Assembly (NCBI RefSeq): GCF_009834535.1
Contig: NC_045727.1
Coordinates: forward strand, 10,664,001 to 10,728,000
DNA length: 64,000 nt
Reading direction: 5' to 3'
DNA from: Camelus ferus
Lineage: Eukaryota
Shown here in pieces: positions 23,101 through 36,056 of this stretch. The notes under the pieces are model-generated. The model was not told where the DNA came from. It ran no database searches and saw only the letters and a program-made list of their open reading frames with translations. The position numbers and the translations under genes were made by a program. How positions within the stretch are numbered: the first letter of the stretch is position 1; every line of letters begins with the position of its first letter.

Positions 23101-24898
23101 TCCACCACTGAAGTTCAGAGCCGAGTTGGACTGGGCACCCACCCAGGCTAGTAGGGAGGTGGACCCCTCACTGTACCCATGGCCAGGGGAGCCAGAGGTG
23201 AGCACGGTCTGGGCAAAGGATGGCGGGCGTCTGTGTGGTGTGCATGAGAGCTCAGTGAGCTTGAGGGAAGCACATCCAGGAAGAGGAGGCGAGGGCTGGG
23301 CCAAGGGCAGTGGGGGTGGCAGTGGCCAGGATCTCAAGGGGCTAGGTGGTCCCCATCGTGGAGAGGGAGCCTTCCAAGTGTCAAAGGCAGGGGCTGGCAG
23401 GCTCAGCCTGGCTGCCCTGTGGAGGGCACCTGGGGACTCTCCAGAAGACCACAGCCCCATCCAGGTACAGTGAGGGCAGAAGAGCAAACTGTCAGGAAAT
23501 GGAATGATCAGGAGGGAGGGACAGGAGGGCGTCAGGCTGGGTCCGGCTTCAGCGCTGGTGGACATCATCGGATAACAAGAGGCCACGTGGAGAGAGGAAC
23601 ATGATTTCTCTCTGGACGTGGTAGGGTGCACTCAGGAGGTGGCTGTGCTCAGGGCAAGTGGTCACCAGGGTTACAATTTGGGCATCAGCATGACAGAGGA
23701 GGAAACTGAGGCTGGGGACAGTGTGGGTGGAGGGAGAAGGGGTTGGAAATACAGCGTGGGAGGGCCAGAGAAGGAGCATCTGACAGTGGTGTTCCAGCTC
23801 CAAAAGCTCTAGGTGCCGGCCCCCACACCCCTCCCACCCCATACTCAAGCTCAAGCCTTGAGATGATTCTCTCATGTTCAGAGCAGACTTGGTAAATACA
23901 TCCCTCTAGCCCGGCTTCCCGACCCATCCTCTCATCCACCTGGAAACCTCTTACATGCCCGAAAGCCTGGTCCAGACCCCACTCCTCTGTAAGGCCCTTC
24001 CCGAGCCTGGCCCTGTGACAGCACCACGCCTCCCCCAGCCTCACACACCTCTCTCCCACACTGCAAGGGTGCTATTAGAGGTGTCAGCACATAGCAGCCT
24101 CACCGAGGCACTTACCTGTGGTGGCTTCACGAAATCAGCCACGTCCCACAGCCGATTCCCCAGGTCCCTGATCTGGGTCACGGAAACCCCTTTGAGCTTG
24201 GTGATGACAGAAGTCTGGGGGTCCAGGTCCTGCTCCTGGTAGCCTTTTTTGGTGAGGAGGGCCCACCTGGGAAGGAGGTGATGGGCAGTGCTGTGTGTCC
24301 CCGGCACACAGCAGATCTGGTCCCCACATGCTCAGACTCTCTCCCCACACCCTATAGGCTCCCAGCCTGGTGATCAGGGGCTCTACCTCATCTCCATGCA
24401 TCGGAGAGCCAGTGGGGAGGGAGACCTCATGGGGGTCTCCCGTCAGGCGCCCATAGACTTGGAGATGTCCACCACCACCTCCTTCACCAGCCAATCTCCT
24501 CCTCCTTCCCTGTCTAGATCCTGCTCCCTCCTTAAAGCTAGAACTGGTGGTCTCTACCCGGGCCTTGGTGCTCCAGCTCTCATGAGAGTCAGGGACTACC
24601 TCCTGCCCGATCTGGGGCTTCCTGCTCTGTGCCAAGCCCACCAAGGGGCTGGGAACAAGTCTCCACTACCACCAGCCCAGCCCCTGAAGAATCAAACCCT
24701 CACCCCAGCCCAGCAGGACCAGCCATGCTCCCTCCGGCCAGCATGCTGGGAGCCGTTCTCTTACCCCACCACGTAGACCACGACCCCCAGCTGCAGCAGC
24801 CTCTGCAGGGCGCCCACCCGCCAGTTCCGGGTCATCACATACTTCTCCGTTTTATAATCCAGAAGCCCCCAGCCCACTGCGGTCCCAGCGAAGCCCAT
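17180..24898 (-). CDS. P2RX6: P2X purinoceptor 6 (393 aa); exons 24898-24765, 24266-24116, 22878-22807, 20600-20525, 20388-20295, 20206-20126, 20048-19907, 19816-19707, 17818-17725, 17647-17582, 17429-17352, 17263-17180
   Basis: [35 protein letters not shown] and GIRFDILV motifs; 12 exons with canonical sites and consistent phase; total 1182 nt. Confidence 0.96.
18362..18425. repeat. Imperfect (GT/GC)n microsatellite in P2RX6 intron 8
   Basis: gtgcgtgtgtgtgtgtgtgcgtgcctgtgtgtgcacg... Confidence 0.85.
18540..19420 (+). mobile_element. LINE-1 3' UTR fragments (younger 18540-19000, older 19000-19420) in P2RX6 intron 8
   Basis: ataaagaagatgtggtgcgtgtatacaatggaatactactcagcc...gcagcaacatggatgaacctggag...gtataactgaatcactatgctgtac are typical L1 3' end motifs. 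Confidence 0.8.
22520..22700 (+). mobile_element. MIR SINE fragment
   Basis: Core resembling ctgagcctctgttttctcatcttaaatgggg...tgtgagatgatt. Similar MIR cores lie near 26310-26410, 27440-27510 and 35130-35400. Confidence 0.6.
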
Positions 24899-24929
24899 GC
24901 TCCCAGCTCCTGCTGGCGCCTGGGGTGCA

Positions 24930-25779
24930 TGAGTCAGCACAGCAGCTGCAGCCACAGCTGAACAGGAGGTAAAGCAGGCGCCAAGCCAGGTCAAGCCAGC
25001 CACTATTAAAGGGACACTTCCACCTAGGGCAGGCCTCCACTTCCCAGCCCTGGGATCAGGCCCAACCCCCAGCTGCTCTGGGCCTCCCACCCACTGCAGC
25101 CTCCCTCCACCCGGTCCTGGGCACGCAGAGAGGAGCAGTCTCTGTCCCTTGCCCTCTGGCCTCACTCCTTGGGGTGATGACAGGTGGGTTAGGTACTGTG
25201 TGGGCAGCACGGGGCCAGCAGGAGAGGATAAGGAAAGCTTCAGGAAGAAGTGACCTCTGAGCTGACATTTGCAGATCCTGAAGTTCAACGAGCAGAGTTG
25301 GGGAGGAATGTTCTTGGTGGAGGGAGCAACATTTGCGATGCTAGAGCATGAGAGAAAACTGGGACCCACAGAGTGAGAGCGTGACTAGCTCGCGAGAGGA
25401 GGGGGCGGGGCCCTGCATGGCCCCAAGGCCTTCTGTGCTATGCCCTCGACGAGCTGCTCCACCTGCAGGCTCTGGAGTGGAAAGGGGGCGATGCTGGAGC
25501 CTCCTGGGGCGGCGAAGAGACAAGTCAGTCGGTCCTGGCTGCTCACGGGTCTAGGTCAGCCCAGGCCGGCGGCGGTATCCGCAGCAACCAACAACTCGGA
25601 GTTGCCAGGGCGACTGCTGCGGGAGGCGTCTTATTGGCCGCAGCGGGCGCCTGTTCGCCGGACGCCACCTCCGATTGGTCAACGGGCCGGAGGGTCCGCC
25701 CACATTCCCGGCGCCAGGCTCTCCGTGCAGCGCCGCGCAGTCCCGCTTTGGTGTGCGCGACTGCCAAGCGGGAGTAACC
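24930..25779. promoter_or_regulatory. Divergent P2RX6/LRRC74B promoter region with CpG island
   Basis: The two start codons are 881 bp apart, head to head. X-box-like GTTGCCAGGGCGAC at 25601-25614 and GTATCCGCAGCAAC at 25575-25588; CCAAT boxes near 25633 and 25675. Confidence 0.75.
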
Positions 25780-28700
25780 ATGAGGACTCCCTGCGAGGGG
25801 CCTGGAGAGGAGGAGCAGGAGGAAGGGGCGGTGGCAAACACTGGGCGTCCTGAAGGGGTGCCAGAGGCCCAGGAGGGTTCGGACTCGGATTTGGACTCCG
25901 ACCTGGAGACGGAAGGTGCTTCCGGGCGGGGAGGCTGGCTGGGGCCGAGTGGGCAGGGGACCCGGTCCAGCAGGAGCGCATCCCTCTGTTGGATACCCTC
26001 GGGGCAGCCAGTGGCCGTTCCAGCCCCTTGCCCTCCGCTCAATGCTCCTGGCGGCATCAAGAGTTCCACCATTACAACAGGATTCCAGAATGTTACCATG
26101 CAAAAATCTTGCCAGTGTAAGATGGGCTGTCCCACCCTAAAATGGAATGAATCAGGGCTGGGTTTTCCCAACCGTCAGGAAAAACTAAGCTAAGCAATGC
26201 ATAGAACTTAGAATTAGTTCAGTCTCCTCCCCCATAAAATGTTCACAAAGCATGTGTGTTCTACAGTCCAGTAGAAGACAGTTCACATTTTGGGGTTGGA
26301 CAGGAAGGGTAGAGCCAGGATTAGTGACTATAAGCTGTGTGACATTGGGGGAAAGATCTGCCTTCTCTGAGGCTCGATGTCCTCATCTGTATTTGGGGGC
26401 AATAGTCCCTACTAGCACAGGCTGGGCAGTGACAGAGGCAGGGGAGGTGGCTGTGCTGGGGAGGAGTCTACAATGGTCCCCTCTCTCCTTTCAGGCACCC
26501 ATGGGCTTCAAGAATGGGTCAAGGACACCCTCTATCTGAGGTCTTGCCGGGCCCACGGCGTCGTGCCTGCCTCCTGCTTTCTGCGCCAAGGGAGCACCCC
26601 AGAGCTCAACCTGCAGCACCGTGGCCTGGGGCCCCAGGTACCCCTAGAGGGACCCTGGGGCCAGGGTTGGAGGACAGGGACTCAGGAGGCAGCAGTCATG
26701 GGCGTGGTCCCTTCTTGAGCCCATCCCACACACACCCCGGGTTTGCTCTGTGCCAGGCATGTCCCAGCCCCCATATCTGGGTGACAGGTGGTATCAGGGC
26801 TATGACAGAGTTCAGTATAAGGGCTGGAGAGCCTGCAGGGAGCCTCTAACCTTCTGGGGAGTCAGGGAGGGATCCAGGAGGTGAGATGTGGGTGAAGCCT
26901 AGAAAAAGCTGGTGTCACTGGGCATGTGGGAAGGGAAAGGCCTTCCATCTGGAGGGCACTGAGTGGGCCGAGCCCTGGAAACAGAGCCAGGGTAGTGGCA
27001 GCTGTGTCTGGGGCCTTCAGCCCTGGGAAGAGCCGGGCTCCTCAGGCCCCTCTCTGTCCCAGGGGGCCCGGGCTCTGGCTTCTGCACTGACCTCCAACCC
27101 CTACATCAAGCGGCTGGACCTTCGGGACAATGGGCTCTGTGGGCCCGGTGCAGAGGCCCTGGCAGGTGCTCTGAGCAAAAGCAGCAGCATCTGTGGTAGG
27201 TGCTGAGCCTGGGACAGGAGGGCAGGCTGCCCCACACTGAGCCTTCTCACCCGGGGGCCTCCTCCCTGGGTGGGGAGGGAGGGGTGGAGTTAGACCCACC
27301 CCCTGTGCTGGACCCCCGACTCCCGCAGACGGTGGCCTCCCAGTGCCTGAATGCAGGGTGGGAGAGTGCTTCTGCACAGAGGGGCAGGGATGGGCAGTGA
27401 GGGAGGAGGAAGGGCTGGACCTAAATGCCACCTCTGCCACGGAAGCGCGGGTGACGCTGGGCAAGGAGCTCAACCTCACTGAGCCTCAGCTTCCAATCTG
27501 TTAAATAACCCCAGTCATCAATGCCACTTAGCCCTTGGGGATGTGGGGGACACATCTCAGTAGTGTCTGCTCACATAAAAGCTCCCTGCACAGACACCGG
27601 GACACTGCCTGTCTCTGGAAATGGGGCAGCGGGGGCTTCCCTGGGAGGGTTATGTTGCTGCCAGGCAAGACTCATCAGCAGGGGGCTGCATGTATGTATG
27701 TCACAGACATCCTCCACGACACTAGGATGAGGTGGTTTTAGCTCTTTGACAAAGCTTGTGGATACATGGGGTGGGCATGGGGGTCTGGGAGGCTGCCTGG
27801 GGCCTGAGGGGACCCAGCCAGTGGGTGGCAGGCAGAGTCACCATGCTGCTGAGGACAGCAAAGCTGTCCTGCTGCAAAGCTCTCTCTGCTGCTGTGGGCC
27901 TGGAAGGTTCAGGGGACGGAGGAGGGTGGCACCTGGCTGTGTATCCCACTCACTGAGGAGTGTGCTGGCCCCCAGATGTGGACCTGTCAGAGAACCAGCT
28001 GGGAGCAGTGGGAGCCCAGGCTGTCTGCTCCGCCCTGGTGGTGAACCCAGCCATGCAGAAGGTACAGCTGGCAGGGAACGACCTGGAGGAGCAGGCGGCC
28101 CAGTACCTTGCTGAACTCCTGGTGGCCCACACAGGCCTGAAATCCCTGGACCTGAGCTACAACCAGCTGAATGACCAAGCAGGTAACATCTGGCCACTGA
28201 CCAGGGCCAGGATGGTGGCACTTACGTGAGTGGAGGTTGGCAGGACCACTCAGAGCATCAGTGCTCTGGCTTCTGCTCCCTAGGGATCCAGCCATGAACA
28301 AAGCAAATTCCCTGACCTCAAGGAACACACATTAACAAGCTAACTCTCCATCATCATTGGTGCTACACTAGAAACAAATAGGGCATGATTCTAGAGAAGA
28401 ATGGGAACCCTCAGCTTCAGAGGTGACAGGGGAGGACTCTGGGAGGAGGTGACATTTAAACTGAATGTGCAGAGGGGAAGGAATCAACCATGAAAAGACC
28501 AGAGGGAGAGCATTTCAAACAGAGGAATGATTTCCCAGACAGTGTGACTGTGCTACTGAGAGATGGGCCAGGCTGTGGGGTGGAGAGGCAACAAGGCCTT
28601 AGGACTACAAATCATGGCAAAAGGCATGAAGATTTTATTCCAAGTGCTGTAGAGGACATCAATGGGATTCCTTGATCTCACCACTTTCTCTTATGCCCCC

Positions 28701-31700
28701 AGGGTCTTTGCATGGGATGTCTGCTTTACCAGGAACAAGCAGTTCTATCTGCCTGTCCTCAACTACCCTAATCAATTATAAGAATCACCTGGGACCCTGG
28801 GTTAGGAATACAAATTCCACGGCCCTGGACCTACTGAACCTCTGAATCCTCTTGGGGGGTGCCTGTGTATCTGGATTTTAACAGATGCCCCCAGGAGACT
28901 TGTCTGATCCAGAAAGTTCGGGAATCACTGCTCTCTCTGCTTAGAGCAGTGGGGTGGCACCAGCCTTGGCTTGTAAGAATTAGCCCTGGAGTTTAACTGC
29001 CAGAGAACCAGTCTGCCTTGTAAGAAAATCGTTGTGGGAAGTCAATGAAAGTAAAAGAAAAGCTCACTTCAGACTTTCAACTAATTACTAGGTCAGGGGG
29101 CCAGCTCCAGGGGCAGCGAGAATGCAGGGGGCTGGAAGGCTGCACAGTAGGGTTGGGGTTTGGCCTGGAAAAGGACAGACTCAGCAGGACCATTTTGTTT
29201 CCCCAAGGGGGGCTCTGTGGGTGGGCCCGACTCCCTTAGAGGTGAAGGAGCTTGGGTCTCAGTCTCCCCACCTGACCCAAGGCGGGGGTAGCACCTACCT
29301 CATAGTTTGGCCGCAAGAGTCACGAAGAACGAGCTACAAGAGCCGGATTCATGGGTAGAACCTTCTCACCCCTGAGCTGTTCAGCAGAGAGGCTTCCCTT
29401 CAAAGTGGCGGACCGCCACCCTCTTCTCTCAGCTCTGAAAGTGTCTGAGAACCGGCGTGTGTTAGACCCAGTGCCTGGAGCCGCGTCCCAGCAAGTCCTC
29501 ACTGCCCCGCGGGGAGCTCTCCAAGGTGCTGACACTGCCGTGCACTGTGCGTGTCTTCAAACCAGCCTCGGTAGGCCTGTGCTCGGTGCCGGTACCACGG
29601 AGAGGGGTCAGATTCAGATCCCCGAGAGAGACTCCCAGCTAGGGAGGTCTCATGCCCAGAACCTGGAAGGATGGAAGCACAGTGGACATGGGGTCCAAGG
29701 AGGTCCCACCCAGCCCAGCCAGGCAAGCAAGGCTTCCTGGATGGGGGTGAGGAGCTCTCAGCCACGTGAAGAAGGGGGTCAACTGTCCCACCCGGGGTCG
29801 GGGTGGGGGTGGGGGGCAGCTGGAGGCTGAGAACCGGGAGCAGGTCTGAACGTTGAGAGTGGATAGCGGGGCTTCTGCCTATCTTACAGGTAAAACATCT
29901 CTCAGGGTTTCTAACCCACACAGCCCACTCTTTCCTGTTCACCACCACCTCCTCTGCACTGGCCTTATCACCTCTTGCCTAGACTGTGGCATAAACCTTC
30001 CAGCTAGTCCCCTGGCCTCTTGTCTCTGCCCTATCTGAATCTTCTCTCTTGTTTTGTTTTAAATGGAGGTACTGGGGATTGAAGCCAGGACCTTGTGCAT
30101 GCTAAGCATTAACTCTTCCACTGAGCTACGCCCTCCACCCACTCTGTCTCTTAAAGAATCTTTCGAGTGCCCATCAAGCCTACCTCTTTTCACCAGCCTT
30201 CCCCACCCGCACCAGCACCAGGTCTCATGCACTTTCTCAAGTCTTGTGTTCCCCATCCGCTCTTTCCTGGGCCCACTCTCCATGGTGGCTGCACACGGGC
30301 GTGGTGAGTCCCTCAGTCTTCAAGGTTCTCTACACTTTCCTGACCACCCCCTCTACTGGCAGGGTTAGCCCCAACTCTGTTCCCACATCTCCCTGTTTGC
30401 AGTCTACAATAGCTCACATCCCATTAATTTGTATTTATAGCTTCTCTGTTAAATGTGACTTCCTTGTGAGCAGGGCAGGCCCACGTTGGGCTCAACTCCC
30501 TGACCCCCGTGCACAGCAGAGACCCTGGCCCACAGCAAACATTGGCGTCATTTTTTGAATCTTGGTGTTTCTTAAGGAGAGATGCTTGGACCAGCCCTGG
30601 CGGAAAACACAGGACTCACTGAGCTTAACATAAGCTGGAATCACCTGAGAGGCCCAGGAGCCTTAGCCTTTGCCAGGGGACTGGAGGTATGAGGCCCCTG
30701 CCCAGTTAGCCCCTCCCGCCTGTCCTTTGGGGGCAGGTCTCCCAGGAGCCAGCCCCCCATCTTTGCAGCTTTTCAGAAATGAGCCTTGGATCTTTTCTGC
30801 AGAGCTTGGGTGACTTTCATTTTCCTGGGTCCATTTAATGATGACAATGTCTGGTATCCTGTACCTGTCCTCACATCCTCAGTGAGGGGTCCACACTTAA
30901 TGTCACACAGCTCCCCAGACACTCAACTGGAGGTACACCACGCAGGATGGTGATGCACACTTGCTACTGGGCATACGCAGCTGCTTCCCTGAGATGACAG
31001 CCCTGCACCCCGGGATCCCAGCACACACCCTCGAACCCCCACCTGCTCACCTGGGTCCTGTGGTTCGTGGGCCTCAGGAGTGGATGGGAGGGGTGTCTGA
31101 GATGCTTCCGGTGCCAGCTGCCTCTGTGGGACCCTCCTCAGGGAATGGCAGCTGCTGCCTTGCTCTCCCACAGGGCTGACCTGGGGTCTTGCCCCTGACG
31201 TGGCAGGTCAGGCTCTGTCTCCCCAGGGCACCTACGAGCTCTGCTCTTCTCCCCATCACAGTCCCCAAGACAGGTTAATCAAACAGCCTCGAGATCTGTG
31301 ACCTTAAGAGGCCCGTGGCCGAGAACCCAGTCCAAGGCTCATTTACATCCTCATCCTCCCTCTGTGCTGTGCTTCTGGCCTTTCAGCTCCACCGCTTACC
31401 CTCGTCCAAGCCCCAGGGCTCTTCCCTGGAACCTCTGTCCTCTCCCGCTCTCAGCCCATGCTCTTTGCTCCTCATGCATTTCCACAAGCCCTGTGTTCCC
31501 CAGGCCCCCCCAGCATCCTGGGCTCAGAGGCCGTGGCCCTGGCTCCCTCCACCATCACCTGTGGTCCCACAGCTTCGCTCCTTTGCATCCCAGGCAAACA
31601 TCTTCCTGAGGGTCCTGGACATCTCGTACAATGGCTGCGGAGATACCGGAGCCTCTGCGCTGGGGGGAGCTCTCAAGACCAACAACATGCTGGAGGAGCT

Positions 31701-34700
31701 CATCATGAGGTGAGAGCACTGGGGCCCGCGCCCCAGCCTCCGGGCCCATGGCCACCCAGGGACCCGTGCCCATCTTGCTGCTGCTACCCCCCCGTGGCGC
31801 CCCGACCTGCCCCGAGCACTCAGGGTGGGCTGCGGCCATGGTCTGGGCATGCCCAGCTCTGTCCTTCTCACTCCAGTTCATCGTTTGTACATTGAGACTC
31901 ATAATTCCTGCCGTGTGGGCTGGGGGCTGGGAAGTGCAAACTTGTAAAGCATCTTCAGTGGAGCCTGGTGTGGATGGACGCTTCACACAAGTGGTCCTCC
32001 CTTCAGAGGGAATGGTCTGCCTGCTCAGCACACGGCTGCGGAGGGCCCGCCCTGTGTGACCTGCTGGGGTCTCCGTGTGTGAGCTGCCCCTCCAGGCCGA
32101 GGCCTCTGCGGGAAACTGGAACAGGGACCCTAAGCCCAGAGGGAAGAAAAACAGTAGAGGCCAAGCAAGTCACAAGCCACCATGGCTGAGCCCCACGCCT
32201 GGGTTGTCTGAGTGAGCGGAGCCTGCCCACCAGGGCGAGAACATCTGCTCAGTCCTGCCCACTTTTCCTCCCCATGTAAGGAGCCACCGCCAGAGGAGGC
32301 CACAAGAGATGCTGCAAGTCAGGGCTGAGCTGGGGTCTAAGGAGTTAGAGGGAAGTGGGGCTGGCCCTGGAGACTGGAGTCTGGGCCAAGCAGGAGCAGG
32401 AGGAGGAGGTGGGGAGGGAACTGGGTGGTGGGACGTGGGAGCAATCTGTGGGGCTGCTCGCAGTGTGGCTCAAGGCACATGCCTTTCTGTTGCAGCAACA
32501 ACCGCATCTCTGCCGCAGGAGCCCTGAGCCTGGGCCTGGGCCTGCGGGTCAACCGGACATTGAGAATTCTTGTGGTGAGTGCAAGGCCTGCCTGTGCCCA
32601 TCCACAGATCCCTCCCACACCATGGCTCCTCACCCCAGTGGCTACAAGTGCATGGGTTCTGGAGCCCAGATGGGGGAGTGGGCCCCTGGCTTCCTCTTGC
32701 GACTACTTCTCCCCCTTGTCATCCACTCGCCCATCTCTGGCCTAGCCCACGACCTCCTTCAGACTCCTTCCCCCCATCCTTCCCTCCCAGGGCATCACCA
32801 GCCTCTGGGCCATCCCTCCTGCTCAGCCCACTGGAGCCATGCTCTGCTGAAGATGGCCAGGGCCACTCGGCTTCCCTTCACCTTCCCCCTGCTCTTCCTC
32901 TGGCCCTGCTGGGAAGAAGAGCCGGCCCAGGTGTGCTGATGGCCAGGCTCACACCTACCTGGGGCCCTGTGTGTGCAGCAGGGGTTCCCTTCCTCCAGGG
33001 CTGCCAGTAGGGAGGAAGCAGCTGAGCAGCCTGAGAGCAGAAGACAGAAAAGGGAGAGTGGAGCCCTGTGCCAGCAGCGTGAGCTCAGCGGACAGTACCA
33101 CCAGCTCCAGGGGGCATCTGGCCCTGCCTGGCCCTCAACTGGGATAGGGGCCCCCTGAAGGACCCCCTTCCCTAGCCTGAGGCTCACTCCTCTCCTGACC
33201 ACCTATCTAGAGCCCAGACCCCTCTCTTGAGCTCTGGGTCCCCCAGCAACCTGCTAAAGAGTCCCCCAGACGGAAATAGGCCCTCGGATTCTGGGAGGTG
33301 AAACTGAACACACCTTCCTCCTCCAAGGGCTGCCTCTAGATGGGGGCCCCTTCCCATCAAGTCAGAAGCTGGGGCCTGTGTTTGCCCCTCCCTGTCCCTC
33401 CACTCTCTCCCTCCTTCATCTCACCTCCTGTAGAGCACCCAGACTGCCTGCTCCTCCTCACTTTCTGTCCACACGCTGCTTTCCCTTCTCTGATCCTGTT
33501 TTCCCACCTGCTACAGGTGATCTTTCTAAACCAGAAACGTGCCCCTGCTTTAAACCTATCGGCGGCTCCCCTCTGGATGAATCCAAGCTTAGTGCGTCAT
33601 TCCCAGCACGTGAGCTCTGGGCCCCACCAGCCCCACGCTCCCTGCCGCCTCGATGCTCATCACTTTCAGCCCCAGCTGCCCGCCATCCTCCCGCCTCACC
33701 ATGCAGTTTCTCAGCCCTCCTTGGCTCCTGCAGCTCCCCTTGCTGAAATGCCCAGCTCCACCCACGTCACCTGTAAAGCACAGAGCAGGTGTTTTAGCCC
33801 CCGCCCACCCTTTACTTCCCAGGAAGAGTTGGTGCACTTCTCATATTGCACTTTTATACTTCCTTTCCTCTCCTCCCCACAATGGTGAGCTCTCTAAGGG
33901 TAGGGTGTGTCTTGTGTGTCCAGATTATTGGTTCCCGGCACAGAGTGAGGGTTCAGCCAGTGTCCACCCCTTTCCTCTCTTCCCCAGCTCGCAACCTCAC
34001 CCAGGGCATTGCATCCGTCCAAGGGAGGGGCCTTCTGGGCTGAGAGCGCGGGACCACCTCTACGGCACAGCATCAGAGATGAGGAACAGCCCCCCCTCTT
34101 CCCTCTCCCATTTGCTCCTGCCTCTCTGGGCTCAGGCTTTCTCACCTGTGTGTGCTTCCTAGGTGTCCAGGAATCCCATGCGAAGTGAAGGCTGCTTCGG
34201 TGTGCTCAAGTCTGTCCAGGCTAATCCCTTCTCTGCCCTAGAATTGCTGGATTTCTCTGTAAGAGCCTCTCAGAAACCTCATCTCTGATCCTCCCACAGC
34301 CCTGGGAGGTATCCTTTTCTCCATTTCAGAGGAAGAAAGTGGGGATTAGAGAAAGAGTGCCCAGCGTGGATACCTGGTGTGGCCTTGTTCTAGTTCCACT
34401 CGGGCCTGAATGTAGGTCATGACGCCACTCCAACCACACTCCCACCCCTAAGCGGGGTGCCGCGGTGGTCCCCCTCGGACCCCTGCTTGGGTTCTTCACT
34501 GGCTGAGAGGGCACAATGCTCACTGTTCACTGATGTTTGGATTTGCAGGTTCGGCCCGTGCAAGGCGGCATCCTCCCCGCCTGGCCAGTGCTGCCTGCAG
34601 GTATCCAGTGCTGGAAGGTTCACTTGGGTGGCTGGTGGGAGATTAGGACCCCTTTTCCATTCAATTTTTCTTTTTGATATGGAAAAAAGTTACTTAAACA

Positions 34701-36056
34701 TTAAACAGTTAAACATTAAGGAGAGAATCCCTAGATACGAACTTTGACGACTCTAATCACGAATCACGCCTCATTCTACCTGATTTATTTCAGCCGAGGC
34801 TTGAGTCAAAGCCTTTCCAGAAATGTTTTCACAGTTCCAGTCCTTCAGGTTTGGGACAACTGATGTCAGACATCCTTAGTGTTGCCTTCTACCTGCCTAG
34901 TCTCTACAACTCCAAAGCCAGAGACTAGCTTGCCTCGACCATGTTCCTTCTGCTCTGAGAATTCCGGTCAGCAATGGATTCTACCACTTTAAAAAAAAAA
35001 CATAATGATACAAGAAGTCTTCTAGCAAAAATACACGCTCATTCAACATCATGTGTGGTTATTATCGGAAGCTTTTCTTATCATGGAATTGCCATAGTGT
35101 TTGGAAATAGAGAGGCCTGGGGCCAAATCCTGAGTCCACCAATGTGGGATCTTGGATTCTGAATTAGAGACCAACACTGGTCTATGAGCAATGCTCTATA
35201 TTCCTGTTCCTTAACTGCTATTGTTAGTCCAATCTGAGTAGTATAGATTTTATCTTGGTTTTAAGGGAGGCACTTTGGAATCTTTCCAGTTCACAGAAGC
35301 CCTTCCCAGGACGCAGCTGTGTCTTTGCATGAAGCGGGGCTACTATCTACCGCCCAGGGCCATTGTGAAGTTAGGATGAGGTGACAGACCCGATGGAGAT
35401 CCTTGTGCAGGGAAAGACTGGTGCTCAGGGAAAAAGACTCTTCTCCCCAAAACTCTGTTTTCACTTTTTAAATTGTGAAATATTTATGCCGAAAACCGCA
35501 CATAGATTTAGGGTGGATCTGCACAAACAGCATACGTCTGTGTAACCAGCCCCCAGATCAAGAACTAGAACAGGCCCCCAGCAGCCCTCCTTGACACTCC
35601 CCCTTCTGTTTTTTAAAAACTATTTTATAGTTGTTATTGTATTAATTATTTTATTTTGGTGGAGGAGAGGGGTAATCAGGTTTATTTATATTTGGAGGAG
35701 GCACTGGGGATTGAACCCAGGACCTTGTGCATGCTAAGCATGTGCTCTACCACTTGAGCTGTACCCTCCCCCTCCTTCTCTGTTTAATAGTTCGGGTTGT
35801 GGTGACTTTGCCACGCACAGGAGAGAAGCCACCCTAAAGAGACCTTGTGTGTGTTGATGAAATAGTCCAGTTCTCAGAAAGTAATAATGTACCACCTTGT
35901 AATGGGGTCTCTCCTCAGGATATCCAGGTGAACAGAGAATTTAAGGACCTCGCCAGCTCGTTGAAGGTAATTCTTCCAGGGCTTTGCATAAAGACTGTGG
36001 CCTGCAAAGTAGAGTATGAAAAAGAACTGCTGTCTGTCTCCCGAAGCGCTAAATGA
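25780..36056 (+). CDS. LRRC74B: Leucine-rich repeat-containing protein 74B (385 aa); exons 25780-25915, 26495-26637, 27063-27195, 27976-28182, 30577-30686, 31594-31709, 32496-32574, 34163-34258, 35919-36056
   Basis: SDLDSDLETEG, DTLYLRSCRAH, RI-type LRRs (KRLDLRDNGL, LKSLDLSYNQL, LTELNISWNHL) and DIQVNREF; canonical splice sites, consistent phase, total 1158 nt. Confidence 0.94.
28250..28680 (-). mobile_element. LINE-2 fragment
   Basis: gaggaggtgacatttaaactgaatgtgcagagggg...gagcatttcaaacagagg are L2-type motifs. Further L2-like pieces lie near 29880-30500, 33480-33980 and 59150-59550. Confidence 0.55.
28750..28930 (+). mobile_element. MER5-like (hAT-Charlie) DNA transposon fossil
   Basis: agaatcacctggg...aaattccacggccctggacctactgaacc...tttaacagatgcccccaggagac...aaagttcgggaatcactg follows the MER5 layout. 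Confidence 0.6.
30050..30137 (-). mobile_element. tRNA-derived SINE (same family) in LRRC74B intron 4
   Basis: atggaggtactggggattgaagccaggaccttgtgcatgctaagc...ccactgagctac. Confidence 0.85.
35625..35772 (-). mobile_element. tRNA-derived SINE, long variant with a 3' extension
   Basis: SINE head at 35695-35772 plus ggggtaatcaggtttatttat, whose reverse complement matches the extension in the 63455 copy. Confidence 0.85.

Noticed and set aside
26755-26764. p53 half-site AGGCATGTCC near P2RX6, a known p53-inducible gene
   Set aside because: Only one half-site, with no adjacent second half-site; expected by chance.
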